Shown one piece after another: positions 28,619 to 39,919 of a stretch of DNA of 64,000 bases. Under the pieces are notes generated by a model. It searched no databases, was not told the DNA's origin, and saw only the letters and a list, made by a program, of their open reading frames with translations. Numbering within the stretch: the stretch's first letter is position 1; each line of letters starts with the position of its first letter. The position numbers and the translations under genes are program-made. Origin of the DNA: an uncultured Acidobacteriaceae bacterium (GTDB taxonomy: Bacteria; Acidobacteriota; Terriglobia; Terriglobales; Acidobacteriaceae); the NCBI GenBank assembly GCA_964247455.1, contig CAXTUR010000001.1:985-64984 (forward strand), in the 5' to 3' direction.

Positions 28619-29920
28619 ATGCCCACCGCCATTGCTGAAAGCCCACGTGAGACCGTCGCCATTGCGCAACCGAATACTCCAGCCTTGCTCATCTCTATCC
28701 CGCCTACAGGCCGTATCGATGTTAGTGACATCGCGCACCTCCGAGGCGACGCGTTGCACGAGGTCATGGTGGGCCGTGCCGATGCTTTACGTCCCCTGCT
28801 CGAGCGCAACGCGCCGGAAACGGAAGCCAACCGTCGTGTCGTCGAGGAAAATATACTCGCGATACAAAAAGCGGGTTTGCTTAAGATCATGGTTCCGCGG
28901 CGGTTTGGAGGACTTCAGGCTGATCTGCGCACCAAGATGGAGGTTTCGGCGGCGCTCGCCAAAGGGTGCGGTGCGACAGCATGGGCCACCACCTTACTGA
29001 ACGTGAACTCGTTGATCATGGGAATGGCGTCGGCAGAGTGCCAAGAGGATGTTTGGGGACAGAATCCTGAGGCCCGCATCGCCGGTGTCTTGTCGCCGAC
29101 GGCTACCACGCGGCGGGTCGAGGGTGGACTTGTTGTCACCGGCAAGTGGCCATGGTCGAGCGGCTGCCTGCACGCGAACTGGGCAATGATGGGTTGCCCG
29201 AACACGAATCAAGCCGGCGAGGTCATCGACCATGTTGTCGCTATTATGCCGATGGAAGAATGCACCATCGAAGACACATGGTACGTAGCCGGCATGAAGG
29301 GGAGCGGAAGCAACACAGTTGTCGCTCACGAGGTTTTCGTTCCCGATCACCGCATTATGTCCGTGAGCCAAATCATGGCGGGAATTCCTCCGACGCCCTA
29401 CAAGGATGAAGCGCTTTATCGATGCTCTTTCGTGCCATTTGCGGCGCTCATTCTTGTTGGCCCAGTGATGGGGCTGGTAAAGCGAGCGCATGAATTCGTC
29501 ATTGAAAAGGCGTCCAAGCGCACAATCTCCTATACCTACTACAAGACCCAGACCGAGTCTCCCAGTTTTCAACTCAGTTTGGCAAAGGCGGCCATGCTCG
29601 TCGATACGGTTTGGCTCCACGCCCTGCGCGCCTGCGACGACATTTGGCAGGCTGCTGTAGAGAACCGTCAAATGACTTACCTCCAGCGTGCCCGCGTCCG
29701 CATGGATACCGGGTACGTTGCTGAAACAGCACGTCACGCAATGGATATCCTTCTTTCGGCGCATGGAGCCTCGTCCTTTGCCGAAGCGAGTCCGATGCAG
29801 CGCATGTGGAGAGATCTTGGAACATGCAGTCGCCACGCCGTTGTTTCACCTGAGATCAGCAGCGAAGTCTATGGCAAGGCTCTTCTTGGCATCGAGGGCG
29901 GGGTCACGGCCTTGGTATAG
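28619..29920 (+). CDS. Acyl-CoA-dehydrogenase-fold, reduced-flavin-dependent aromatic monooxygenase (HsaA/HpaH-C2-like)
   Basis: VPRRFGG, GKWPWSSGCLHANW, DTWYVAGMKGSGSN, HGASSF...MQRMWRD. Confidence 0.88.
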   Translation: MPTAIAESPRETVAIAQPNTPALLISIPPTGRIDVSDIAHLRGDALHEVMVGRADALRPLLERNAPETEANRRVVEENILAIQKAGLLKIMVPRRFGGLQADLRTKMEVSAALAKGCGATAWATTLLNVNSLIMGMASAECQEDVWGQNPEARIAGVLSPTATTRRVEGGLVVTGKWPWSSGCLHANWAMMGCPNTNQAGEVIDHVVAIMPMEECTIEDTWYVAGMKGSGSNTVVAHEVFVPDHRIMSVSQIMAGIPPTPYKDEALYRCSFVPFAALILVGPVMGLVKRAHEFVIEKASKRTISYTYYKTQTESPSFQLSLAKAAMLVDTVWLHALRACDDIWQAAVENRQMTYLQRARVRMDTGYVAETARHAMDILLSAHGASSFAEASPMQRMWRDLGTCSRHAVVSPEISSEVYGKALLGIEGGVTALV

Positions 29921-29993
29921 CTCCGCCTCACGAGCCCTCCTTGGCTGACTTTCCACCCGATCTTCAACTGCTTTCACACTGAAAGGATATTCA

Positions 29994-30875
29994 ATGCCGA
30001 AAGCATTTCGCCTGGTCTTCTGTGAGTTCTCGTCTCCAAGGCTCGACGAAGAACTCGCCTATTACACAAATCTGCTCGGGGTGACCGAAGTTTTTAGATC
30101 TTCCGACGGTGCGCACTACCTGAGCCTGGGCCTTGATCACCACAACATCGTGCTACGGCCCGGTGATACGGCAGGTTTGTTAAGCACGGGCTTTCAGCTG
30201 AGTGCGGGAACGAATCTGGAAGCTTTTCGGGAAGAGTGCGCCCGCCGAGGCTTCGAGCACACCCTGAAACAGGGTGCCAGGCCAGGTGTCGCGCAGCTTC
30301 TGGAAATTGCGGTTGCGGGTCACCGTTTTGAATTCTTCTCCGAGATGGAAATACCCGCTCCGGGCTTCGCCAACCACGGCATCGTGCCCCTCCGTCTTGG
30401 ACACGTCGCACTTATCACGCCCGAAGCGGACGTCCTTGCGAGTTTTTTCGAAGAGTTCCTCGGCTTTCATGTCACCGATTGGTTTCAGGATTTGGCTACG
30501 TTCCTTACCTGCAATCGCGACCACCACACCATCAACATCATCGGCGCGCCCATTACAAAGCTGCACCATCTCGCCTTTGAATTGCGCAGCAGCGGACATC
30601 AGTATGAGGCTGCGGACCGTCTCGCCAAGGCACAGATGCCTGTCGTATGGGGCCCATCGCGGCACACTGCGGGGCATAACTATGCGTCTTATCACTTCGA
30701 TCCGGACCTCACATTGATTGAGTTCTACACAGACATGGACGTCTATCTTTCGGACGTCGGCTACTTCGAGCCGCGGCCCTGGCATGACCATCTGCCGCAG
30801 AGGCCACGTGTCTGGTCCCCTGAGAACATGAACGCCTGGAATACTAGGTTCGACTTCGACTTCAGAACGGCTTAG
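29994..30875 (+). CDS. VOC-family extradiol ring-cleavage dioxygenase
   Basis: RLGHVAL, DHHT, LHHLAF, WGPSRHTAGHN, DPD..LIEF give the 2-His-1-Glu metal triad. Confidence 0.85.
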   Translation: MPKAFRLVFCEFSSPRLDEELAYYTNLLGVTEVFRSSDGAHYLSLGLDHHNIVLRPGDTAGLLSTGFQLSAGTNLEAFREECARRGFEHTLKQGARPGVAQLLEIAVAGHRFEFFSEMEIPAPGFANHGIVPLRLGHVALITPEADVLASFFEEFLGFHVTDWFQDLATFLTCNRDHHTINIIGAPITKLHHLAFELRSSGHQYEAADRLAKAQMPVVWGPSRHTAGHNYASYHFDPDLTLIEFYTDMDVYLSDVGYFEPRPWHDHLPQRPRVWSPENMNAWNTRFDFDFRTA

Positions 30876-30914
30876 CGGCTCGATATAGAACGCTCTCAGG
30901 AGGAGAGAAGAACA

Positions 30915-31724
30915 ATGAGCAAAGTTGTCGTAACCGCTGCGTTGACGGGTCCTTTTGCGATGAAGTCGGATAATAACGGTTTGCCCGTCACGCCGAATGA
31001 GATTGCGGTCGCCGCCTCCGAAGCCTACGCCGCCGGCGCCTCGGTCGCGCATATCCATGTGCGCGATGCGGAAGGCAAGCCGTGTGCGGATGTCGAAATC
31101 GCGCGTGAGACCATCCAGCGAATTCAGGATAGTTGCCCTATTCTCGTGCAGCTATCCACGGGTGTCGGTCCGGGCGTTCCACTCGAGGAGCGCGCGAAGC
31201 TGGTAGAGTTACGTCCCCGCATGGCATCGTTGAACACGTGCTCGATGACCTTCGGAAAGGTTGAATTTAGCAATCCTCCGGAGGGTGTCCGGCGCCTCGC
31301 CGCCCGCATGAGAGAGTTGGACGTTAAAGCTGAATTGGAGATCTACGATTCTGGTCACGTGGATGTTTGCCTACAGCTGCTGAAGGAAGGCTTTCTGGTA
31401 GAGCCGCTTCAATTCTCCATCGTTATGGGTGTTCCAGGAGGTATGGCGGCGACGCTCGAAAATCTGTTGAATACCGTGCGTCACCTTCCCGCCGGCTCCA
31501 TATGGCAGGCGATCGCGATCAGCAAAGCAAACCTCGATTTGACGACTGCCGCAATCACCATGGGAGGCAACGTGCGAACCGGCCTTGAGGACACCCTTTA
31601 CCTCTCCAAAGGAGTTTTGGCACCCAGCAGTGCCGCGCTTGTGGAGCGCTTAGTCTCCATCGCCAAGCTGCTGGGTAGGGAGCCCGCCACGATTGACGAA
31701 ACCAGAACCATGTTGGGTCTATAG
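30915..31724 (+). CDS. Beta-keto acid cleavage enzyme (BKACE / 3-keto-5-aminohexanoate cleavage family, DUF849)
   Basis: VVTAALTG, PVTPNEIA, AHIHVRD (Zn HxH), STG, GGNVRTGLED. Confidence 0.92.
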   Translation: MSKVVVTAALTGPFAMKSDNNGLPVTPNEIAVAASEAYAAGASVAHIHVRDAEGKPCADVEIARETIQRIQDSCPILVQLSTGVGPGVPLEERAKLVELRPRMASLNTCSMTFGKVEFSNPPEGVRRLAARMRELDVKAELEIYDSGHVDVCLQLLKEGFLVEPLQFSIVMGVPGGMAATLENLLNTVRHLPAGSIWQAIAISKANLDLTTAAITMGGNVRTGLEDTLYLSKGVLAPSSAALVERLVSIAKLLGREPATIDETRTMLGL

Positions 31725-31781
31725 GTTACCGGTCTCAGTAACGGTTGGTCGCTGAACGCCAGACATTTGGGAGCAATTCGT

Positions 31782-32726
31782 ATGAGTCAGAACGACGATC
31801 GTTTCATCGATGTGCAATCGCACTTCCTGCCCCCCGCCTATCTCGACGCAATCCATGCCGCTGGCATGACGGAGCTTGATGGTTGGGCCATTCCTAAGTG
31901 GGACGTGGCAAGCGCCATCGCCACCATGGATCAGCTTGACATTCAGGCGCAACTGCTCTCGCTCAGTTCGCCTGGTGTGTCCTTTATCCGCGGCCAGCAG
32001 GCAGGGTACTTGGCTCGCGCCGTAAACGAGTTCGCGGCGGCGACTATCCGCGATCACTCGCCTCGCTTCGGTGCCTTCGCCACTTTGCCGTTGCCGGACG
32101 TCGAAACCTCCTTGAAGGAGTTGGCATATGCTCTCGACACGTTGAAGCTCGACGGCATCGGCCTGCTTAGCAATTACAACGGGCTTTATCTCGGTCAGCC
32201 GGAACTCGACCCGATCTTCGACGAACTCAACCGTCGCGGAGCTGTGCTCTTCATTCATCCCTGCCAGCCGCCTAACTTCGCTCCGCTTAGTGTTGGCTTG
32301 ACCGCGCCTATTCTCGAGTTTCCTTTTGAAACCACAAGGGTCGCTGCCAACCTGATCAAAAGCGGCACCATCGAGCGTTGTCCCGATCTGCGCATCATCC
32401 TGCCACACGGCGGCGGGACCATTCCGTTCCTCCAGCCACGAATGGCGTTTGTGCTTGGACCGGAGCGCGCGCCTCTTCTTTCTTCCTTTTACTATGATTT
32501 GACTGCTGCGGCCATGCCTGGGCAGCTGGCGGCGCTCGCCACCCTTGTTCCGCCCCAGAAGCTTCTGATGGGCGTGGATTTCCCATTTATGCCTCCCGCC
32601 GTCAACGCCCGCTTCCTTGCAAGCCTTGAATCGGCAAGCTTTTCGCCGGAAGAACGCCAGGCCATACGAACGAAAAATGCATTCGGCTTGTTCCCAATGT
32701 TGGCGAAACGGCTTTCCAATCAATAA
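31782..32726 (+). CDS. Amidohydrolase_2 family protein (ACMSD / aromatic acid decarboxylase-like)
   Basis: IDVQSH, RFGAFATLP, LFIHP, ILPHGGGTIP, GVDFPF. Confidence 0.85.
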   Translation: MSQNDDRFIDVQSHFLPPAYLDAIHAAGMTELDGWAIPKWDVASAIATMDQLDIQAQLLSLSSPGVSFIRGQQAGYLARAVNEFAAATIRDHSPRFGAFATLPLPDVETSLKELAYALDTLKLDGIGLLSNYNGLYLGQPELDPIFDELNRRGAVLFIHPCQPPNFAPLSVGLTAPILEFPFETTRVAANLIKSGTIERCPDLRIILPHGGGTIPFLQPRMAFVLGPERAPLLSSFYYDLTAAAMPGQLAALATLVPPQKLLMGVDFPFMPPAVNARFLASLESASFSPEERQAIRTKNAFGLFPMLAKRLSNQ

Positions 32727-32758
32727 TGTAGATGAGCTTCACCCTGGGAGATCCGAGT

Positions 32759-33505
32759 ATGAACGCACTGGAGAGTAAAATCGCCCTTGTCACCGGAGCT
32801 TCCAAGGGCATCGGCGCCGGTATCGCGAAACAGCTCGCTGCTGCGGGTGCTGTCGTGTTCGTCAATTATGCGACCAGCAAAGAAGGTGCTGACGCGGTCG
32901 TCGCTGAGATCGGAGTATCGGGCGGCACTGCCAAGGCGATCCAAGGCGACTTCTCGAAAGCCGTTGACATAGAGCGCGTCTTCGCTGAGATTGTGCAGAC
33001 TTATGGCAGGCTCGACATCCTGGTCAACAATGCCGGTATCTACCGGCTGGCTCCCATCGAGGCTCTCACCGAAGAGGTCTTTCACGAGCATTTCAACCTC
33101 AATGTGTTGGGCTTGCTACTCTCCGTCAAAGCGTCCCTTCCCCTGTTCGGGCCTGAAGGAGGCTCCATCATCAACATCGGTTCCATCGCCAGCACGATGG
33201 CTGCGCCCATGATGGCCGTCTACTCCGGCACCAAAGGTGCGATCAATTCCATCACCATCAGCTTGTCGAAGGAACTTGGCCCCCGCAAGATCCGCGTGAA
33301 CAGTCTCAATCCCGGTTTCGTGGCTACGGAAGGCACGGCGCCCTTCATGGGAAGTCCTTTCCACCAGGGCACCATCGCCGCTACCCCGCTCGGCCGCGTT
33401 GCAGAACCTGTAGACATAGCGCGCATCGCCGTCTTCCTGGCCTCGGACGAGTCCTACTGGATCACTGGTCAGCACATCACCGCCGCAGGCGGAATGACAA
33501 CGTAA
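32759..33505 (+). CDS. Short-chain dehydrogenase/reductase
   Basis: TGASKGIG, NNAG, YSGTK, PLGR. Confidence 0.93.
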   Translation: MNALESKIALVTGASKGIGAGIAKQLAAAGAVVFVNYATSKEGADAVVAEIGVSGGTAKAIQGDFSKAVDIERVFAEIVQTYGRLDILVNNAGIYRLAPIEALTEEVFHEHFNLNVLGLLLSVKASLPLFGPEGGSIINIGSIASTMAAPMMAVYSGTKGAINSITISLSKELGPRKIRVNSLNPGFVATEGTAPFMGSPFHQGTIAATPLGRVAEPVDIARIAVFLASDESYWITGQHITAAGGMTT

Positions 33506-33532
33506 CAAATGCGCGTCGGAGCACAGCATCGA

Positions 33533-34705
33533 ATGGCCCATTTCGGCGACTACCAAACAGAGATTTACCTCGGAGGCCTGCGTGGGGTTCTTCCGCGGTT
33601 TCCCGTAGACTTCCATTCGCTCGAGCAAAGAGCGCAGGCCGCCATGGCACCGGCTGTTCTGTCTTACGTACAGGGAGGCTGCGGTGATGAGTTCACACAG
33701 CGGGCCAACGTGAAAGCTTTCCATCGTTGGGGTATCGTTCCACGCATGCTGGTCGACTGTTCGAGTCGCGACCTATCGATAAATCTCTTCGGCATGCGAT
33801 TGCCGACTCCCATCTTTCTAAGTCCCATAGGTGTGCTTGGCATCTGCTCCGCCACCGGTCACGGTGACCGCGAAGTCGCTCTTGCTGCCGCCCACACCGG
33901 CATTCCAATGGTAGCGTCCACACTTTCGAACGATCCGATGGAAGACATTGCCCAGGACCTTAGCGACACGCCGGGCTTCTTCCAGCTTTATACCCCCAAG
34001 GACAAGCCCCTTGCGGAGAGCCTGGTGCGACGTGCCGAGACGGCGGGCTTCAAAGGCATTGTCGTCACTCTCGACACATGGCTCACAGGCTGGCGTCCGC
34101 GCGACCTCAACACCGCAAACTTCCCGCAGCTGCGTGGAAGCGCACTTGCGAACTACTTCAGCGATCCTTGCTTCCGCGCGTTGCTTACGAAACCGCCTGA
34201 AGAAGACCAGGCAGCGGCTGTGACCGGATGGGCGCAGACCTTCGGCAAGACCCTCACGTGGAACGATCTCCCGTGGCTGCGCTCGCTTACAAGACTCCCC
34301 CTCATCCTGAAAGGAATTTGCCACGCCGACGATGCCAGGCGCGCAATCGATGCTGGAGTCGACGCAATCTACTGCTCCAACCACGGGGGGCGGCAGGCGA
34401 ATGGAGGAGTTGCGGCACTTGACCTGCTTCCCGCCATACTCGACGCTTGCGGGCAGACGCCCGTCCTGTTCGATTGCGGCGTTCGCTCGGGAACCGATAT
34501 TGCAAAGGCTCTTGCGATGGGAGCTACTGCTGTCGGCGTTGGCCGGCCATATGCATATGGTCTGGCTCTCGGAGGAACGGAGGGTGTGGTCCACGTCCTT
34601 AAATCTCTGCTCGCCGAAGCCGACCTTTTGATGGCCGTAGATGGCTTCGCCAGCATTGCGGAGTTGCGCCAGGCAGGCGTTGTGCCTCTACCACTCACAC
34701 GTTAG
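33533..34705 (+). CDS. FMN-dependent alpha-hydroxy acid oxidase, lactate 2-monooxygenase-like
   Basis: FFQLY, VTLDT..GWRPRDL, CSNHGGRQ, GRPYAYGLA. Confidence 0.88.
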   Translation: MAHFGDYQTEIYLGGLRGVLPRFPVDFHSLEQRAQAAMAPAVLSYVQGGCGDEFTQRANVKAFHRWGIVPRMLVDCSSRDLSINLFGMRLPTPIFLSPIGVLGICSATGHGDREVALAAAHTGIPMVASTLSNDPMEDIAQDLSDTPGFFQLYTPKDKPLAESLVRRAETAGFKGIVVTLDTWLTGWRPRDLNTANFPQLRGSALANYFSDPCFRALLTKPPEEDQAAAVTGWAQTFGKTLTWNDLPWLRSLTRLPLILKGICHADDARRAIDAGVDAIYCSNHGGRQANGGVAALDLLPAILDACGQTPVLFDCGVRSGTDIAKALAMGATAVGVGRPYAYGLALGGTEGVVHVLKSLLAEADLLMAVDGFASIAELRQAGVVPLPLTR

Positions 34706-34741
34706 ATGTATCAACGTTTGGAGTGAACGTATCCCGGGAGG

Positions 34742-35653
34742 GTGAACGTGGAAATACACCAGGAACGCCGGGAGAGCGCGGGCGCAAGGTTTCGTGCCGC
34801 GCTGAAGGAAGAAAAGCCGCTGCAGGTTGCCGGCGCTATCACGGCGTATTCGGCACGGATGGCCGAAGCAACCGGTTTTAAGGCGCTTTATCTATCTGGC
34901 GGCGGAGTAGCGGCAAATTCGCTTGGCTTGCCAGACCTCGGCATCAGCACAATGGAAGACGTTCTGACTGACGCCCGTCGGATTACCAATGCAACTACGC
35001 TTCCTCTGCTGGTGGATATCGATACCGGCTGGGGTGGTGCGTTCAATATTGCGCGAACCATCCGGTCCATGGAGCAGACAGGTGTGGCCGCGGTCCATGT
35101 AGAGGACCAGGTTGGAACGAAGCGTTGCGGACATCGCCCTGGCAAGGAGATCGTCTCGAAGGAGGAGATGGTGGACCGGATCAAGGCCGCCGTGGATGCC
35201 CGCGTGGATGCGGATTTCGTGATTATGGCGCGCACGGACTCACTTGCCGGCGAAGGGCTTGAAGCGGCACTCGATCGCTGCGCGGCGTACGTGGAGGCGG
35301 GGGCCGATATGATCTTTCCCGAGGCTGTTGCTGACCTTGGGTTCTATTTGCGGTTCAAGGCTGCAGCCGATGTTCCGATGCTTGCCAATATCACCGAGTT
35401 CGGCCACACGCCTCTGTATACATGCGAACAGCTCGGCGCTGCGGGCGTCGACATCGTGCTGTTTTGTTGCTCGGCGTACCGCGCTATGAATGCAGCTGCG
35501 CTGAAGGTTTACCGGGCCATCCGCGATGAGGGCACTCAGCAAGGTGTGCTGGACACGATGCAGACACGAGACGAGCTTTACAAGTTTCTTGGCTACCACA
35601 AGTACGAACAAACCCTCGATCGCTTGTTCGCGAAGAACAAGCCGTCTCGATGA
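34742..35653 (+). CDS. prpB: 2-methylisocitrate lyase
   Basis: [34 protein letters not shown]. Confidence 0.95.
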   Translation: MNVEIHQERRESAGARFRAALKEEKPLQVAGAITAYSARMAEATGFKALYLSGGGVAANSLGLPDLGISTMEDVLTDARRITNATTLPLLVDIDTGWGGAFNIARTIRSMEQTGVAAVHVEDQVGTKRCGHRPGKEIVSKEEMVDRIKAAVDARVDADFVIMARTDSLAGEGLEAALDRCAAYVEAGADMIFPEAVADLGFYLRFKAAADVPMLANITEFGHTPLYTCEQLGAAGVDIVLFCCSAYRAMNAAALKVYRAIRDEGTQQGVLDTMQTRDELYKFLGYHKYEQTLDRLFAKNKPSR

Positions 35654-36837
35654 CAGGTTTCCCGGAGGCAGTTGTGAGTGCAACATCTAATGAGGAAGTG
35701 TCCACGTTCAAGCCGAAGAAGTCGGTTGCCCTTTCGGGCACATCGGCCGGCAATACAGCTCTTTGTACTGTGGGTCAGAATGGCAATCAGCTGCACTATC
35801 GCGGCTACGACATCCTGGATCTAGCGACCACATCGGAGTTTGAAGAGATCGCCCATCTCCTGATTCACGGCAAACTACCGACGCCCGCAGAACTGGCGGC
35901 ATACAAGAGCAAATTGAAGGCATTGCGCGGGTTACCGGGCGCCGTGAAAACTGCGTTGGAATGCCTGCCGGCGGCGGCTCATCCCATGGATGTGATGCGC
36001 ACCGGCGTCTCCGTGCTTGGCTGTGTGCTGCCTGAGAAGGAAGACCACAGCCAAGCGGGGGCACTGGACATTGCGGATCGCCTGATAGCATCACTAGGGT
36101 CGATGTTGTTGTATTGGTACCACTTTGCGAATCATGGGAGGCGCATCGCGGTCGAGACGGACGACGCATCCATCGGCGCACATTTCTTGCATCTGCTCCA
36201 TGGGGACGAGCCTTCCGCCGCGTGGGTACGCGTGATGCACACAAGTCTGATCCTGTACGCGGAACATGAATTCAATGCGTCCACGTTTACGGGGCGGGTT
36301 ATCGCGGGCACCGGCTCTGACTTTTTTTCGAGCATCACGGGCGCTATCGGCGCATTGCGGGGACCTAAGCACGGCGGAGCAAACGAAGTCGCGCTCGACA
36401 TCCTGAAACGGTATGAGAATGCCGATAAAGCGGAAGCCGATGTTCGCAGACGTGTGGCTGCGCGTGAGGTGATCATCGGGTTCGGGCATCCTGTGTATAC
36501 AGTCTCGGATCCTCGGAATCAGGTCATCAAGGAAGTCGCGCGCAAGCTGTCGGAAGATGGCGGCAGCATGAAGTTGTATGATATCGCCGAGCGCATTGAA
36601 GTGGTGATGTGGGAGACCAAGAAGATGTTTCCCAACCTTGATTGGTTCTCCGCTGTCAGCTATCACATGATGCGAATTCCCACGGCGATGTTTACGCCGC
36701 TGTTTGTAATGGCACGCACGTCCGGTTGGAGTGCGCACGTCATCGAGCAACGCATCGATGGCAAAATTATTCGTCCCGCGGCAACGTACACCGGGCCGCC
36801 CAACCAGCAGTTCGTTGCCCTCGCAGAGCGCCGGTAG
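35650..36837 (+). CDS. prpC: 2-methylcitrate synthase
   Basis: [42 protein letters not shown]. Confidence 0.95.
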   Translation: MTGFPEAVVSATSNEEVSTFKPKKSVALSGTSAGNTALCTVGQNGNQLHYRGYDILDLATTSEFEEIAHLLIHGKLPTPAELAAYKSKLKALRGLPGAVKTALECLPAAAHPMDVMRTGVSVLGCVLPEKEDHSQAGALDIADRLIASLGSMLLYWYHFANHGRRIAVETDDASIGAHFLHLLHGDEPSAAWVRVMHTSLILYAEHEFNASTFTGRVIAGTGSDFFSSITGAIGALRGPKHGGANEVALDILKRYENADKAEADVRRRVAAREVIIGFGHPVYTVSDPRNQVIKEVARKLSEDGGSMKLYDIAERIEVVMWETKKMFPNLDWFSAVSYHMMRIPTAMFTPLFVMARTSGWSAHVIEQRIDGKIIRPAATYTGPPNQQFVALAERR

Positions 36838-36872
36838 TTTCTTTCTTCATCCAGCAAACACTCGGAGCCATT

Positions 36873-38321
36873 GTGTCGTCATCGTTCAGTAAGGAAAAAC
36901 AGAGTTATGACAAGGTGCTCGTCGACATCGTGGACTACGTGCGCGAGTTCGAGATCGAGAGTGAGCTGGCGTATACAACAGCTCGCCACTGCCTGATTGA
37001 TACGCTTGGCTGCGGGCTGGAAGCGCTGGGATACCCTGCATGTACCAAGTTGCTTGTACCGATCGTGCAAGGGACGACGGTTCCGAACGGGGCAAAGGTG
37101 CCGGGCACGCAGTTGCAACTTGATCCGGTGCAGGCTGCATTTAACATCGGCACGATGATCCGTTGGCTCGACTTCAACGACACATGGCTGGCGGCTGAGT
37201 GGGGACATCCGTCTGATAATCTCGGCGGCATTCTGGCGACGGCGGACTGGCTTTCGCGCACAGCTATCGCCACCGGCAAGTCTCCGCTACAAATGCGTCA
37301 GGTGCTGACTGCAATGATCAAGGCGCACGAAATTCAGGGATGCATCGCTCTCGAGAATTCGTTCAATAAAGTCGGGCTCGACCATGTGCTGCTGGTGAAA
37401 GTTGCGTCAACGGCCGTGGTCTCAGAGCTCCTTGGACTGACTCGCGAGGAAAGCCTGGCCGCAGTCTCGCTGGCGTGGGTTGACGGGCAGAGCCTGCGGA
37501 CCTACCGGCACGCGCCAAACACGGGTTCGCGCAAGAGCTGGGCCGCGGGGGATGCGACGAGCCGTGCAGTTCGTCTTGCCTTGTTGGCTAAGACCGGCGA
37601 GATGGGCTATCCCTCCGTGCTGACCGCAAAGACCTGGGGTTTCTACGATGTGCTGTTCCAAAGCAAGGAGTTCAACTTTCAGCGGCCGTATGGCTCTTAC
37701 GTTATGGAGAACGTTCTCTTCAAGATCAGCTTTCCGGCGGAATTTCATTCGCAGACGGCAGTGGAAGCGGCGGTCACCCTTCATATCAGACTGCGCGCAA
37801 TGGGTAAGTCTGCGACGGACGTCCTGCGTCTAACGATTCGCACCCATGAAGCCTGCCTGCGCATCATCGATAAGAAGGGGCCGCTGAAGAATGCGGCGGA
37901 TCGAGACCATTGCATTCAGTACATGGTCGCGGTGCCATTGTTGTATGGGCGGCTTACGGCTGCCGACTATGAGGACACGGTCGCGTGCGATCCGGCGATT
38001 GACACGCTTCGGGAGAAGATGCGTACCGAAGAGGTTACCGAGTTTACCTGTGATTACCATGATCCCGAAAAGCGGTCGATTGCAAACGGTCTGAGGATAG
38101 AACTGCTGGACGGCACGGTGTTGGAGGAGACCGTCGAATACCCGATCGGGCATCGGCGGCGGCGACAGGAGGGAATTCCGCTGCTGGAGGCGAAGTTCAA
38201 AAAGAATCTCGCGCGGAGATTCCCGCCTCGGCAGCAGGAGCACATTCTCAAAGCGTCTCTCAACCAGACCACACTCGAAAATATGACAGTGAATGAGTAT
38301 GTCGACCTGTATATAATCTGA
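36873..38321 (+). CDS. prpD: 2-methylcitrate dehydratase
   Basis: [43 protein letters not shown]; GTG start at 36873 after GGAG. Confidence 0.95.
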   Translation: MSSSFSKEKQSYDKVLVDIVDYVREFEIESELAYTTARHCLIDTLGCGLEALGYPACTKLLVPIVQGTTVPNGAKVPGTQLQLDPVQAAFNIGTMIRWLDFNDTWLAAEWGHPSDNLGGILATADWLSRTAIATGKSPLQMRQVLTAMIKAHEIQGCIALENSFNKVGLDHVLLVKVASTAVVSELLGLTREESLAAVSLAWVDGQSLRTYRHAPNTGSRKSWAAGDATSRAVRLALLAKTGEMGYPSVLTAKTWGFYDVLFQSKEFNFQRPYGSYVMENVLFKISFPAEFHSQTAVEAAVTLHIRLRAMGKSATDVLRLTIRTHEACLRIIDKKGPLKNAADRDHCIQYMVAVPLLYGRLTAADYEDTVACDPAIDTLREKMRTEEVTEFTCDYHDPEKRSIANGLRIELLDGTVLEETVEYPIGHRRRRQEGIPLLEAKFKKNLARRFPPRQQEHILKASLNQTTLENMTVNEYVDLYII

Positions 38322-38353
38322 ACAGAATAGCAGCCACAGGTACTTCGTCAGAT

Positions 38354-39919
38354 TTAGGCGTATTGCGTGCGCAGATCGCGTTTAAGAATCTTCCCCGTAC
38401 CCGTTCTGGGCAGAGTCTGAAGAAACAGAACACTTTGCGGACACTTGAAGTGAGCTAGCCGAGTGCGGGCAAAGTCGATCAACTCGTCTTCCGCGGCTTG
38501 CCTGCCGGCCTTCAGCACGACGAGCGCCCTGGGTACTTCTCCCCAGCGTTCGCTCCTGACCGGAATTACAGCAACTTCAAGAACCGCCGGGTGCGCCAGC
38601 AGTGTGTTTTCAACTTCTAGCGAAGAGATGTTCTCGCCTCCGCTGATGATGATGTCTTTCTTGCGATCCACAAGCTGCAGATATCCATCGGGATTGATTG
38701 TGCCCATGTCGCCTGTATGGAACCAACCTCCACGCAACACCTCAGCAGACAGCTCTGGCTGTCCCCAGTAACCTTCCATGACACCATCGCCGCGCGCCAC
38801 CACTTCGCCTATCGCTACACCGTCTTCGGCGAGCCGGTGATCATCCCCGTCGACGATCCCCAGGACGGTACCCGGAATGGCGAAGCCGGCTTTAGCTTGT
38901 CCCACGTGCCGCTGCTCTCCGTTCCACTGCAGCTCCGGTTTGGCCGGTGCATGAGACAAGACCGGGCAGGTCTCGGTGAGTCCGTATAACGAGTAGCACT
39001 CAGATTGAAAAGCCTCTTCCACCTCCTGGATCAGGGTTGGAGAAGCTGCCGCGCCACCGATAAATATTTGGCGAAGACTGCTTAGATCGAAGTTGCCACG
39101 CTCCGGATGATTGACTAGCGCGGTTGCCATCGCCGGAACGGCTTTAAACGCTTCGACACGCTCTGTCTCGATGAGGCGGAAGACCTCCGTTGCATTGAAT
39201 TGTGAGATCATGACGTGCTTTCCGCCCATCATCACCAGAAAGTGCGGAACCCCCCAGCCGTTGGCATGGAACAGCGGAATGGTGTGAAGTTCCACTGATC
39301 CGTTTCGCGTGTGGAGAGCAACGCAGGTATGTAGCGCATGCAGGTAGATATTTCTGTGGCTGAGCATGACGCCCTTAGGCCGGGCACTTGTCCCGCTCGT
39401 ATAGAACAGCTCCGCCACGCTGTCCTCGTCCACAGAAAAGATGTCTGCACGGCAGGGCGGGGCAGCCGATAAAAGATCTTCATAAGCTTTAGTGGCCAGC
39501 CACGAACCCGTTGGGGTACCCTCCATCTGATAAAACGCTTCCACAGACTCCAGATCTCCGCGAAACTTCTCTACGACTTGTAAGAACGGCTCATCGAACA
39601 GGAGTACTCTGGCCCCTGCATCGTTCAGAATATAGGTGAGCTCAGCTCCCAATAGCCGGATGTTTAAGGGCAGCAGAACCGCGCCTGCTTCCAGTACGCC
39701 GTAGTACGCTTCCAGCAAGCGATGCGAGTTCACGGCTAGAAGGGCCACTCTATCGCCCGGCTGCACTCCCGATGCGCGCAGCAGACCGGCCAGTTGGCGA
39801 ATCCTTCGCCCAAACTCAAGATAGGTGAATCGCTTTTCACCGCATACGACAGCGATGCGACCGCCGTACTGCCGCTCCGCATACTCCAGAAATCGCAGCG
39901 GGGTCAGTGGCACGTTCAT
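38354..39919 (-). CDS. Acyl/aryl-CoA ligase (AMP-binding)
   Basis: YTSGTSARPKG, YGLTE, TGD, DRKKDIIISGGENI, TGKILK. Confidence 0.93.
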   Translation of the reverse strand: MNVPLTPLRFLEYAERQYGGRIAVVCGEKRFTYLEFGRRIRQLAGLLRASGVQPGDRVALLAVNSHRLLEAYYGVLEAGAVLLPLNIRLLGAELTYILNDAGARVLLFDEPFLQVVEKFRGDLESVEAFYQMEGTPTGSWLATKAYEDLLSAAPPCRADIFSVDEDSVAELFYTSGTSARPKGVMLSHRNIYLHALHTCVALHTRNGSVELHTIPLFHANGWGVPHFLVMMGGKHVMISQFNATEVFRLIETERVEAFKAVPAMATALVNHPERGNFDLSSLRQIFIGGAAASPTLIQEVEEAFQSECYSLYGLTETCPVLSHAPAKPELQWNGEQRHVGQAKAGFAIPGTVLGIVDGDDHRLAEDGVAIGEVVARGDGVMEGYWGQPELSAEVLRGGWFHTGDMGTINPDGYLQLVDRKKDIIISGGENISSLEVENTLLAHPAVLEVAVIPVRSERWGEVPRALVVLKAGRQAAEDELIDFARTRLAHFKCPQSVLFLQTLPRTGTGKILKRDLRTQYA

